Below, in pieces: positions 31,515 through 41,392 of a DNA stretch of 64,000 bases. The notes under the pieces are model-generated. The model saw only the letters and a program-made list of their open reading frames with translations. It was not told where the DNA came from and searched no databases. The position numbers and the translations under genes are program-made. Positions within the stretch are counted from its first letter, which is position 1, and every line of letters starts with the position of its first letter. The DNA is from an uncultured Solibacteraceae bacterium (lineage in GTDB: Bacteria > Acidobacteriota > Terriglobia > Bryobacterales > Bryobacteraceae): the NCBI GenBank assembly GCA_963811575.1, contig CAWERY010000015.1, positions 8,325-72,324 of the forward strand, read 5' to 3'.

Positions 31515-33466
31515 AAAGCAGCTTTCTGTGCGCGCAGGCCGATGGTTACCTCGTACCCGCGCTCAGCGAAGTCCAGCTCTTCACGCGTCAACTCGCCGGC
31601 GGAGATTCCGTACAGAAACGAGGCCGCGGAGAGCACGTTTCCGTAGGCATCGATACGGATATTCTCCGGTGCGAACGCTTCCTCGAACAGGCGCCTGCCG
31701 GATAACGGTGTGAAGCTCCAGTACCAGTTGTCGCACCAATCTCGATCGTTGTTCTGGCTGATCCCTGGAAAAGTAGTGAGCACCACGCCGCCGGGCTTGA
31801 GGATTCGGTACAGGGTTCGGATCACGGCGCGAAGATCATAGATGAGCTGTAAGGTCTGAGTGAGTACGATGCAATCGAAGGTGCCGTCCGGAATATGGGG
31901 AGCGTCGGTGAGGTCGCCCACGATCGTCGCCAGCGGATTGCCTTCGACAACGTGCAGGACGTCGCTCCGCGTAACGCGGCTGCCGCCGAATCTTCGCGAG
32001 TAGGTGCTGTCTTCGATTTCCATGACGCGTCCGCGTATGTCCGCCGCCTGGCGAGCCAGATAATTCTCGATGTAATAGCGGTCAATCGGCAGGCCCCGAT
32101 CATATCCCCACATCCGGCTTATCGGAGTAACGCGCCGCAGAGTTCCGAACTGCAAACTGCCGGGCGCGGGGGTGCCGTCGGCGGCCCGTAAGGTGACGTC
32201 CGCCAGTTCGACCGCGGCAGCGTCGCCTGCCAGATCGAAGTGAATGCGGGCGTTCTCGTCGTCGGCAGTTGCGGTAAATTCTTCGTCAAAGGTCTGCCAG
32301 TCCGGCCCAAGCGAGATGCTTCGATAGAGGCCAAGTCCATCCCAGGGTTCGTGGGCCATTGCGACACCAAGATACGCCAGCCTGGAGCTGTCGGCGCGCG
32401 CCTCGAAGGTCACCCGGTAGGGATGGTTGGCAAGCACGCGGAGCCGCGGTTGATTGAGTTGTATGTCGTAACTGGAGCGACTCTCGTTGTTCTGAATGGC
32501 TACCCGGATCGCTCCCGGTTTTCCGGAGAGACTGGTCAAGCGCGCCATGTTCGGGGGCGCGACACGGAACAGCCAGCCGTCGAAATGCGTGACCTCCTGC
32601 GGTGCACTGCGTGTTTCGAACGCCTTGTGCAGGGCAGCGCGGACCGCGGGGTCGTGATTTCCCCGATCATTCAGATGTCGCTCGAGCCACTTCAGGAAGC
32701 GGGAGCGGACGGCATCGTACTGCCCTGTCTCAGTCCCTACCGAAAGACACGACTCGGGATGAATGCGGTATTTGTCCCAGCACTCGCTGGAGACAAAAAT
32801 GTGCCCTTGCAGATAGACCTTGGCCAGAAAAGCCTGATCTTCGTACAAACCGCGGAACTCCTCCTCAAACCACATCGACTCTTTCAGCGATTCCCTCCGA
32901 ACGAGGAGATTTGACATGGAGGGAGCGGTCGCCTGGCCAAGCGGATACAGCTTGAGAAGTAACTCAGGCGGGGCGTAGAGGGTTTCCGTTTTGACTCCGG
33001 GATCGGGAATGAAGTCACGCTGGAGATCTTCGGGTTTGCCGGTCCAACTGTACCAATACCGGCTCAAACCAAAGATCATAGCGGCCTGGGGCTGGGCCTC
33101 CATGATTTCGATCTGGCTGCGAAGGCGATGGGGCATCCATACATCATCGGCGTCAGAAAGGCCAATATGCGAGGGCACGCGCGACTCCAGCACTCCGGGA
33201 TGCCGGAATTCCGCGGTTGCTGTGCCCCTCATGTTCCAGGTATCGCGCTCGGGCGGGATTCTGGCTGACCGACTTTTGTGCGATCGCGGTACTCGAATCG
33301 GAGGAGCCGTCGTCTACAAAGAGTAGCTCCCAGTTCGAGTAGGACTGCGCCAGCACACTCGCCACAGCCTCTTCCATGTAAGTCTCGGCATTAAAGAAGG
33401 GCATTACGATCGAGACTAATGGTGTTCCGGATGAGATCGGATTCAGAGGCTTTCCGCTGCCGGCAT
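31511..33466 (-). pseudogene. tri-domain GT2 / CBM-like module / class I SAM-methyltransferase, one clear frame break (~33172) and one tentative (33445-33463)
   Basis: N-terminus PLVSIVMPFFNAETY...LFVDDGSSD...NRGIPASRSAGVARA shifts to HIGLSDADDVW. CBM-like module at 32183-32575. C-terminal methyltransferase (VMEIED...FDCIVLTQTLQLIYD...LKPGGVVL) at 31514-32152. The ATG overlaps the wzt stop (TAATG). Confidence 0.7.
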
Positions 33467-34231
33467 TAAACGGTCGCGTGGCTCCATGTCTGGACGTCCG
33501 CGTCCGCCAGGTATTGGGGGATGACGATTCGGGTAGGGCCGTAGGCGGCAACACGCCCGCCGCGCAGCCACAAGGCGTCTTCACATAAAGATTCCACCAT
33601 GCCCGCATCGTGGGTAACGAGGACAATCGTGCAGCCTCCCGCCTTGAGCTGCCGGATGCGATCCAGGCACTTGTGTTGAAAGGCCACGTCGCCGACCGCC
33701 AGGACCTCGTCAATCAGCAGGATATCCGGCGCGGAATGAATGGCGATGGAGAAGGCCAGGCGCATCTGCATGCCCGATGAGTAACATCGCAAGGGGCTAT
33801 CGATGAAATCATGAAGCTCCGAAAATTCGACGATGGCATCGAAGCGTTCCCGGACTTCCTTCTTCGTGAGTCCGCCCACTACGCCGTTTACGAGGACGTT
33901 CTCGCGGCCTGACAATTCGGGGTGAAAGCCGGCTCCGAGATTGAGCAGCGCGCCGATCCGGCCTTCGATTTCGATCACGACCTTCATCGGGCCGGCCGAC
34001 ACCGCCGATCAGGCGCAGCAGAGTGGATTTGCCCGCTCCATTTCGCCCGATGACGCCGACGGTCCTGCCGGCGGGAATTCGCAGGTTCACTTCGCGCAAG
34101 CCCCAGAACTGTTCCGCCGGCAGCAGTTTTCGAAAACCGCGAAGCAGCGCTTCGTGAATCGTGCCGGGCGTGTCGGTATGATAGCGGCGGTACTTCTTGC
34201 CTACGTCTTTAATGAAAATTGGAATTCCCAC
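33466..34231 (-). pseudogene. wzt: polysaccharide/O-antigen-type ABC exporter ATP-binding protein (short form, no C-terminal binding domain), frame broken once (~33980)
   Basis: GTG start overlaps the wzm stop (TAGTG). Walker A GRNGAGKSTLL, then a shift, then GRIGALLNLGAGFHPELSGRENV, signature SSGMQMRLAFS, Walker B ILLIDE. About 254 aa once restored. Confidence 0.85.
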
Positions 34232-35022
34232 TACAGTTCCTCCACAAAGCGATGCCGTGCCAGATTGAATGCGGTGCAACCCAGCGTCAGTACAACCACC
34301 GAGAGGCCGGCGACACCCAAGAGCGGAATAGGGTCGGGCCACGTCCCGCGCATCAGAACGGCGCGGTATCCATCGAGGATCATGGCCACCGGGTTCATGA
34401 GCATGATCGAGTGATAGGGCTCCGGGATCGTGCTGACATCCCAGAAGACGGGGGTCAGATAGAAGAATAGAAAGAGACCGATGCCGAGAAGATACTGAGT
34501 ATCGCGAAATCTTACTTGCAGCGTGGCGACGATATAGGCCAGGCTCGTAACAAATAGAAACTGGACGAGGATGATCAGGGGTAGTGCAGCCAGAGACGGA
34601 TTCAGCCGGTAGCCATCCCTGACCAGAAACACGGCCAGAATGGGAAGGGCCAGCAGGAAGTGCACCAGGTGGGAAAGCACCGTGATCACCGGCAGAAGCG
34701 GAAGCGGGAAGCCGACTTGTTTCACCAGGTCCCGGTTATCGACGACGGTCATGGCGGAAACCAGCAGCGATGCCTGGAGCCAGGTCCACGGCAGGATTCC
34801 GGTAAACAGGAAGGTCGTGTAGTGGGGAATGTTCAAGGGTACGATGCCGTTGAATACCACGTACAGCACCAGCAGCTGCGCCAACGGTACCAGGAGGGAC
34901 CATGCGATTCCGAGAAGCGAGCGTTTGTAGCGCAGTTTGAAATCGCGAGCGACTAGTATACGCACCAGATCATACTTATGCCGCCAGCTATTCGACTGAT
35001 TCCGAACTTGATATCGATTCAC
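34231..35022 (-). CDS. wzm: ABC-2 type polysaccharide export permease
   Basis: 263 aa with six predicted TM segments. N-terminal RDFKLRYKRSLLGIAWSLL motif typical of Wzm/TagG permeases. Confidence 0.85.
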   Translation of the reverse strand: MNRYQVRNQSNSWRHKYDLVRILVARDFKLRYKRSLLGIAWSLLVPLAQLLVLYVVFNGIVPLNIPHYTTFLFTGILPWTWLQASLLVSAMTVVDNRDLVKQVGFPLPLLPVITVLSHLVHFLLALPILAVFLVRDGYRLNPSLAALPLIILVQFLFVTSLAYIVATLQVRFRDTQYLLGIGLFLFFYLTPVFWDVSTIPEPYHSIMLMNPVAMILDGYRAVLMRGTWPDPIPLLGVAGLSVVVLTLGCTAFNLARHRFVEEL

Positions 35023-35032
35023 CTTAATCCCC

Positions 35033-36463
35033 TCATCCTGCCATTTGCCAAACCCCTATTTTTCGCCGGGTCAATAACCGGATTCGTTCATGAAAGCGTT
35101 TTTCGCAGACAGAAACATCGAAGGACCGGCGAATTTTTTCAGCGGCGGCCCGGCCCATGCGTTGCCGTAAACCAGCGTCGTTCCGTAAACTCGAGATCGC
35201 TGCCGCCAGCGATTTTGCATCGCGCTGCGGAACGATTAGACCGTCCTGCCCGTGATCCACGACTTCGACGATGGAGCCGGCATCGGTAGCGACCGCCGGC
35301 AGGCCGGTTGCCATGGCCTCCAGGAGCGCGGTGGGAATTCCATCCTTGTCGCCGCTTTCGGTTTCGACGAAGGGCGCAATGAACAGGTGCGCCTGCTGCA
35401 GGAACTGCTGAATCTCCGCACTCGAACGCCGGCCTTCCAGATGGAACGCGTTTCCGATTCCGAGTTCGAGAATTTTCTGGTCGAGCGCACGGGCGTACTC
35501 GCGGCTGGGTTCGTTGTCGTCCACGCCGCCGAGTATGTGCGCCGAAACCGGGACGCCCGAATCGATCAGGTGGCGGACGGCTTCGGCCAGGTAGAGCAAG
35601 CCCTTTTTGGGCTCGATGCGGCTGACGCAGACCAGGCGAAACGGAGTGCCTTCGGCCGGCGCGCTACGGAGGGTTGCGGGAAAGCGCCTGGAATCGATCG
35701 CGTTCGGTTTGACGAGAATGCGGTCGGGGTCCACCGCCGGGGCGATTGCCATGAGCTCCCGTTTAATCCGGTTCGAAGTCGCGATTACCAGGCCGCACTG
35801 CCGGATGTGGAGTGCTACGACTTTCAGGGCGTAATCGTCCAGCATGTGGTCGGCATAGCAGCTCACGCCGCGCGGGATATCGAGGAGATACGACGCGAAC
35901 AGCGTGAACAGCGCGCCTTCGTAGAAGAAGTAGGAGTGCAGGTAGTCCGGCCGGCAGGCTTCCACGGTTCGTGTGAAGGCAAATGCCTGTTTGAAGTGAT
36001 AGTGGTTTTGAAGTTCCTCGGGCGTTATGCCGGATGCTTCACAGACCATTGCGACCAGGCTGCGAACCTTTTCCGGCATGCGTTCGCAATAGTAGGCATA
36101 GTCGCGCTCGGACACGCTGTAGTGTAAGAACAGTTTGCGCTTGGAATGCCAGACCCGTGAGAATTGCCGGGGCAGAAAGCTTCGCGGATTCAATTTGGAA
36201 TAGAGGAAGCGCAAGCGGAAGCCGCCGCGTACGAGCTCCGAAAGTTCCTGGTAGACAAAGGTCTGGGAGTAGATGGGAAACTCCCAGCAGGCGGTGGAAG
36301 CTACGCGAACGCCGCTGCCGAAGGCTGGAATCCAGCGTTCCACCGAAGGCGGAAGCGCTGAAACCGGTGAAGGCGGTGCGCCGCGGTTTCCTCGTCGGCG
36401 CCCAGCGGAAAACCTGCCGGCGGGCCATCTGGCCTGGAGTTGTTGAAGCATCTCTTCAATCAC
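35033..36463 (-). CDS. family-4 (GT-B) glycosyltransferase
   Basis: C-terminal EPKKG...GDKDGIPTALLEAMATGLPAVATDAGS motif (E-x7-E region). GTG start overlaps the upstream stop (GTGA). A later start (GTG, ~aa 41) is possible. Confidence 0.8.
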   Translation of the reverse strand: MIEEMLQQLQARWPAGRFSAGRRRGNRGAPPSPVSALPPSVERWIPAFGSGVRVASTACWEFPIYSQTFVYQELSELVRGGFRLRFLYSKLNPRSFLPRQFSRVWHSKRKLFLHYSVSERDYAYYCERMPEKVRSLVAMVCEASGITPEELQNHYHFKQAFAFTRTVEACRPDYLHSYFFYEGALFTLFASYLLDIPRGVSCYADHMLDDYALKVVALHIRQCGLVIATSNRIKRELMAIAPAVDPDRILVKPNAIDSRRFPATLRSAPAEGTPFRLVCVSRIEPKKGLLYLAEAVRHLIDSGVPVSAHILGGVDDNEPSREYARALDQKILELGIGNAFHLEGRRSSAEIQQFLQQAHLFIAPFVETESGDKDGIPTALLEAMATGLPAVATDAGSIVEVVDHGQDGLIVPQRDAKSLAAAISSLRNDAGLRQRMGRAAAEKIRRSFDVSVCEKRFHERIRLLTRRKIGVWQMAG

Positions 36464-38854
36464 CCAGGCCGCCCGTCATTGGCCGCGCCGTCGGTCGCGG
36501 CGCCCGCCTGGATCACTTCCGGGGCCTGCTCGACCGCTCGAAGCACGACCGAGGTCAGATCGACTCCAAGCGCCCGGCCTCCCAGATCGAAGTGAATGCG
36601 GGCGTCTTCGTCATCTTCCAAAGCGACGAACTCCTCCTCAAAAGTCTGCCATTCCGCGGTCAGACGGACCGTGGTATACATGCCCAGGGTTGTCCAGGGA
36701 TCGTGGGCCTTGGCGAAGCCCACGCCAATCTCGCGGGGCCGTTTGGCCCGCGCCCGAAAGGCCACCGTATATCGAACTCCGCCGGCCACCTTGAGGCCGA
36801 GGCGGTTCAGTTGAATGTCCCAATTGGTTTTGGTTTCCGCTTTGGTGATGCCGATTTTGACCATCTCGTGGTCTTCACGCGGATAGATCAGGCTTGCCTG
36901 GTTGCGGTCACCGACGCGGAGGTGCCAGCGGCCTTCGAGCGCGGGATCGGCGAGAGTGTCCGCGCCGAGTGCGGGCTCCGGTGCGGCCGACAGTTCCGTG
37001 GTGGCGGGTTCGGGTTCGCGGCGCTTCGTGACGCGCAGCCACGAACCGAGCCGCATCCAGGTATCGTGTTGCAGGTCTTCGATCAGCAGCGCGCGTACGG
37101 TTGCAGCTTCGCGCCACTTGGACAGTTCGCCCGAAACGTATTCGACCTGCTGCTCCAATTCCTGAGCCCGTCCTCGCACGGCGTTCAGTTCCAGGCCGAA
37201 TGAGTTGCCATAGCTGTTCGAGTTCGCGAATGCGGGTGCGAGCGCCGGTGAGTGCCACTCCAACGCCTGTTCCGTGCTGCTCGAGCTGGTGAATGCGGGC
37301 GCGCGCGCCGGTGAGTTCCAGGGCTAACGCCTGTTCGTGCTGCTCAAGTTCTTGGATGCGTGCCTGCCCGCCGGCCAAATTGAGATCCATTAAAATTACG
37401 CGCTGCTCCAAACCTAAAATTGTGCGGCCGGCGCCGGCCAATTCCTCGATGGCCGTTGCGCGGCTGCGCTCGAGATGTTCGCTGTGCTGCATGGCAGTCT
37501 GCAGTTGCGCCGTTAGGGCGGCTGTCCGTGTTTCGAATTCATGTAGTTCCCGCTGCGATTGTTCTTTCGCCAAGGCCAGCTCTGCTACCTGCCCGCTCGA
37601 GGCTTGCAGTTCAGCGCGAAGTTTGGCGGTCTCGGCCGCCAGTTCCGCGTTACGCCGTTCCCACTCCTGGGTGGAGGCACGCCACGAATCCCGGTCTGCC
37701 GTCAGCGAGGCAGAGCCTTCGGTGATTCGCGCGATGGTTTCCTGCAAGGCGGCGGCGGACGCCTCCTCATGATCCATCACATCGGCCCAAACCGGCGAGT
37801 TCCTAAGGATCAGCTTTTTCAACTCTCTCAGGGAGTTCTCAGCCAAGTGGGCAGTTTGCGTGTGCAATTCAAGCGCCTTCAGAAAGTCGGCCGCCGGCTC
37901 ACTGATGCGTCGCCAAAGGTCTTCCCAATCCTGCCGCGCAAGACACTCAGGGAGCGGGGCCGCGTCGAAAATGCATTGTGCGATGGCATTCGGATAGAGG
38001 CCGGTATACTGCTCACCGCCAACCAATTGCAGTAGCCGCGCGAGCATCCTTTCCGGCGCCAAGTAATAGACCTGCGCACCAGGAAAGTAAGTAGTACTGC
38101 TGGCTCTCTACGGTCGAGCCGGTAAGGCCATTCGCATACTGCGGCAAGGGATTACGGACTCTCGGGTCTGGTCCGTGGCCCCGACGCAGTACGGTAAGTC
38201 CGTCGCGAAGCATTTGTTCCGCGTCCAGCGAGGCGGAATGCGGCATCATTCGATAGTACGCAAGTACCTCCGGAACGGCGCCAAAGGTGGCGCCGCAGCG
38301 AGCAATTCTCTGCCAGAGGTCCCAATCGGGAGACTTTCTGAGACTGATATCGAATGATCCGGCTGCCTCTACCATCGACCGCCGGACCAGGCAGGCGTGT
38401 ACCGGGAAGGCGGCGCGGCGGGCCAGGACCGGGAACAGATCGCCGGTTGGCGGCCTATATTCTTCAATGAGTTCCGCTCCATTTTGCGCTACCCGGGCCC
38501 AACCGCAGTGCACGGCGTCCAGCGATGGATCCGCGTCAATCGCGGATGTGAGCCGTTCCAAATAGCATGGCGAAACCCAGTCATCGGCATCCAGAAAGAG
38601 AAGCCACTCAAAGCGAGCGTGGGAAATGCCGGTATTCCGTGCGGCGCTTTCTCCTCCGTTTGGCTGGGAGACGACGCGTATCCGGACATCGCGCTCCGCC
38701 AAAGCCTCCGCGATAGCGCGGGTAGCATCGTGCGACCCGTCATCCACGATCACGATTTCCCAGTCCGTTGCGCGATTGATTCTCAATCGACGAGACTGCG
38801 GTCCATCAACGTGGTAGCGGCGTTGTAGGCGGGGATGATAACACTTACTTTCAC
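36460..38854 (-). pseudogene. GT2 glycosyltransferase / long coiled coil with 21-aa repeats / C-terminal CBM-like module, three frame breaks
   Basis: GTG 38854 with GAGG 9 nt upstream. KVSVIIPAYNAATTL, break at ~38786, then DWEIVIVDDGS...LDADD. Break at ~38038 into a helical region. Break at ~37196 inside the repeat array. CBM-like module at 36538-36927 (WDIQLN...FRARAKRPR...GFAKAHDPW...DARIHFDLGG). Confidence 0.7.
37149..37464. repeat. five tandem 63-bp units (21 aa, 3 heptads) inside the coiled-coil coding region
   Basis: GCTGCTC(C/G/A)A... recurs at 37149, 37213, 37276, 37339 and 37402. The spacing is 63 bp, except 64 bp for the first unit, which holds the frame break. Protein units follow L.L(T/A/N)G(A/G)(R/Q).RI..LEQ(H/L/Q). 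Confidence 0.8.
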
Positions 38855-39361
38855 GGAAAATTGCCTCGTACAACTCTGATGGCTATCAAAATGGGACGAT
38901 TCGGAAGGGGCACTCCAATGATCGGACTGCCATGCCGGTTAGCCATTAAAGGTTCCGAAATCTCCCATCGCATTCTTGTCGAAAAGTTCGCATTGCTGCC
39001 CATTTTTATTCCAACCCTCACAGATATCCGAGGTGCCCCATCGTAAATCGCTTGAGCCGGTGAACGTGCAGCTCTCATGTTCCCAACGTGCTTCAGTCAG
39101 GGAACGCTCCCAAGCGATGATGTGGTACCCGATTAAAGGCACTTGCCTTGCCAATCATTTCCCGAGGAGAAGAATCGGGCTTGGCGCGATGCCGTAACCT
39201 TTCTTGACGGCGTGGCGCCGAGTTAGTCGCGAGCCTCGCCGCTGCCGGACTGGCATTGTTCGATGCCTTTATTCCTGGCAGTGAAACTGCTAACCCGCTA
39301 CTTAAGGCAAATCCGCCGCAACTGGTGTTACCCGGCAGCGCGGCACAAACACGCAACCTCA
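38855..39361. promoter_or_regulatory. divergent intergenic control region between the two arms of the glycan locus
   Basis: About 500 bp between a minus-strand GT2 start (38854) and a plus-strand GT4 start (39362). Visibly more AT-rich than the flanks. No specific promoter boxes could be assigned with confidence. Confidence 0.4.
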
Positions 39362-41392
39362 ATGACGCACCTATTCATCTGTCGGGAGTATCCGCCAGCT
39401 CCTTATCCACCGGGGGGCATTGGCACCTACGTCAGGCACATCTGCCGTTTGCTTGCCGAATCCGGCGACAGAGTTCATGTCATCGCACAACGTTGGGAAG
39501 GCGCTTCGGCTCCGTTAACGGTATCGGATGATGGCAAGTTAGTTGTGCATCGCGTCTCACCCAATGATTCGGCGGCCGAGATGGCTCAGGATGCCGGTCA
39601 CAACTCGTTGATTATCGACAGCTTGACGAAAGGAGACTGCCCCTCTCAGGCTTTCAGCTGGCAGGTAGCGGGCCTGGTAGAGCAACTGGTTATATCCGAA
39701 GGCATTGATGTAATCGAGGCGCCCGAATGGGAGGCACCCCTTTACTTTTACCAACTTCGACGATCTTTAGGGATGGGGCCGGCCAAGCAGCCGCCTTGCC
39801 TAATCCACTTACATTCGCCCTCTGAGCTCATCTTTCGACATAACCAGTGGGATGTGACCCTCTCCGACTATGCGCCTCTCCGGCAGTGCGAACGGTATTG
39901 CATCCAGAACGCCGATGCACTGCTCAGCCCGAGCCGCTATTTGGCCCGCGAAGCTGAGGAGCTTTTCGGACTGGCGGCCGGTCAGGTCCTGGTAATCCCA
40001 TATCCTTTGGGAGATAGTTGCGGGATCGAGCGTCCGGCGGCCGTGTGGCGGCGCGATTCGGTTTGTTTCACAGGGCGTCTCGAGCTGCGAAAAGGCGTCG
40101 TGGAATGGGTGGACGCGGCGGTAAAGGTCGCGCAGACACATCCCACGGTTAGTTTTGACTTTATCGGGAGCGACACCTCCCTGGATGGCGGCCCTGGCGC
40201 TTCGGTCCGCCGTTTTCTTTGGGACCGAATCCCTGCCGGGTTGCGGCCGCGATTTCATTTCCACGGCAGCATGAGCCGGGAGAAGTTGAGGAAGGCTTTG
40301 GCGGGCACTCCGATCGCCGTGGTGCCTTCGCGTTGGGAGAATCTTCCGTATAGTTGCATTGAAGCGATGAGCTCCGGGCTGCCGGTGCTGGTTTCGCCCC
40401 ACGGCGGCATGCGCGAACTGATCGGGCATGGCGAAAGCGGTTGGATCGCGGCCGATGCAACTGCCGCAGCCTTGGCCGCGGCATTACGTACCGCGCTTGA
40501 GACACCCCCTGCACGACGAGCGAAGATGGGCCAAAACGCAGCCGCGGCCGTCAGCCGGCACTGCTCGAACCAGACTGTGGTGAAGCGCCATCTGGAATTG
40601 CGGCGCCGGTTAACCGAACCGATGACGGACAGGCCGGCGGCGATGGCGGGAATTCCCACGGAGGCCCGGCGCGGCATGGCCGTGGTGGTGACTTGCGGGG
40701 ACCGAATCGGTCTGCTGCCACAGTGTTTGGAGCATCTTGCGCGGCAAACGGAGTCTGCGGCCCGCGTAGTGGTGATCGGAAGCTCCAAGGCCTTGGAATG
40801 GTGCCGCGCGTCAGGAGCCGGCTTCGTGGATGAGCAAACGCCATCGTCACGCGAAGCCGCGCTGCAGCAGGTCTTCGACGCCGCACCGCACGTCGCCGGC
40901 GTGGTGTTGGTGGATGCGGGTGTTCAGTTGGAACCGCACTGTCTGGCCGCATTCGCAGCGGTTCTGCAACGCCGGCCGGACGCCGGAATGGTCGCGGGTT
41001 TCAGCCGCTACGCAGGGCAGACTGCTGATTTGAATGTGACGCCGAACTTCGATTTGCAATCGCTCGAAGCCACCGGCGAGTGCTTCTGCCTGGCGGTGCG
41101 GACCGAAGCGCTGCAAGACCGTCATACCGCCGGTACGGGGTGGGCCACCGTAACGTATCCCGAAGTTCTGGTCTTGGCGCCAGCCCGCAAACCATCCGGC
41201 GGTGCCGCCAAAAAACGCTATTCGGCCATGGCACTGGCGCAGCGCACGTCTTCGAAACTGATGTGGACCTGGTTCCTTGGCGCCCCCGTCGCGGAAAAAG
41301 TGAGATGGGTGGGACGGGCTCTGTTCCAGCCTCGCCGTGCCGCTCAGTGGGTGAGCTGGCAAGTTCGTACCGCATCGACGAGGACCCGTTGA
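39362..41392 (+). CDS. bifunctional glycosyltransferase: N-terminal GT4 (GT-B) plus C-terminal GT2-like domain
   Basis: MTHLFICREYPPAPYPPGGIGTYV N-terminus, with ...VVPSRWENLPYSCIEAMSSGLPVLVSPHGG. The C-terminal ~270 aa (MAVVVTCGDR...VVLVDAGV) resemble a degenerate GT-A fold. Confidence 0.75.
   Translation: MTHLFICREYPPAPYPPGGIGTYVRHICRLLAESGDRVHVIAQRWEGASAPLTVSDDGKLVVHRVSPNDSAAEMAQDAGHNSLIIDSLTKGDCPSQAFSWQVAGLVEQLVISEGIDVIEAPEWEAPLYFYQLRRSLGMGPAKQPPCLIHLHSPSELIFRHNQWDVTLSDYAPLRQCERYCIQNADALLSPSRYLAREAEELFGLAAGQVLVIPYPLGDSCGIERPAAVWRRDSVCFTGRLELRKGVVEWVDAAVKVAQTHPTVSFDFIGSDTSLDGGPGASVRRFLWDRIPAGLRPRFHFHGSMSREKLRKALAGTPIAVVPSRWENLPYSCIEAMSSGLPVLVSPHGGMRELIGHGESGWIAADATAAALAAALRTALETPPARRAKMGQNAAAAVSRHCSNQTVVKRHLELRRRLTEPMTDRPAAMAGIPTEARRGMAVVVTCGDRIGLLPQCLEHLARQTESAARVVVIGSSKALEWCRASGAGFVDEQTPSSREAALQQVFDAAPHVAGVVLVDAGVQLEPHCLAAFAAVLQRRPDAGMVAGFSRYAGQTADLNVTPNFDLQSLEATGECFCLAVRTEALQDRHTAGTGWATVTYPEVLVLAPARKPSGGAAKKRYSAMALAQRTSSKLMWTWFLGAPVAEKVRWVGRALFQPRRAAQWVSWQVRTASTRTR

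Noticed and set aside
39263-39361. Upstream extension of the GT4 gene (ORF-track start 39263) and of the neighbouring ORFs at 41080 and 59208
   Set aside because: The extensions lack family sequence and overlap upstream genes or intergenic DNA. Conserved N-termini begin at 39362 (MTHLFICREYPP), 41389 (TTGA overlap) and 59265 (GGAGG + TTG, signal peptide).
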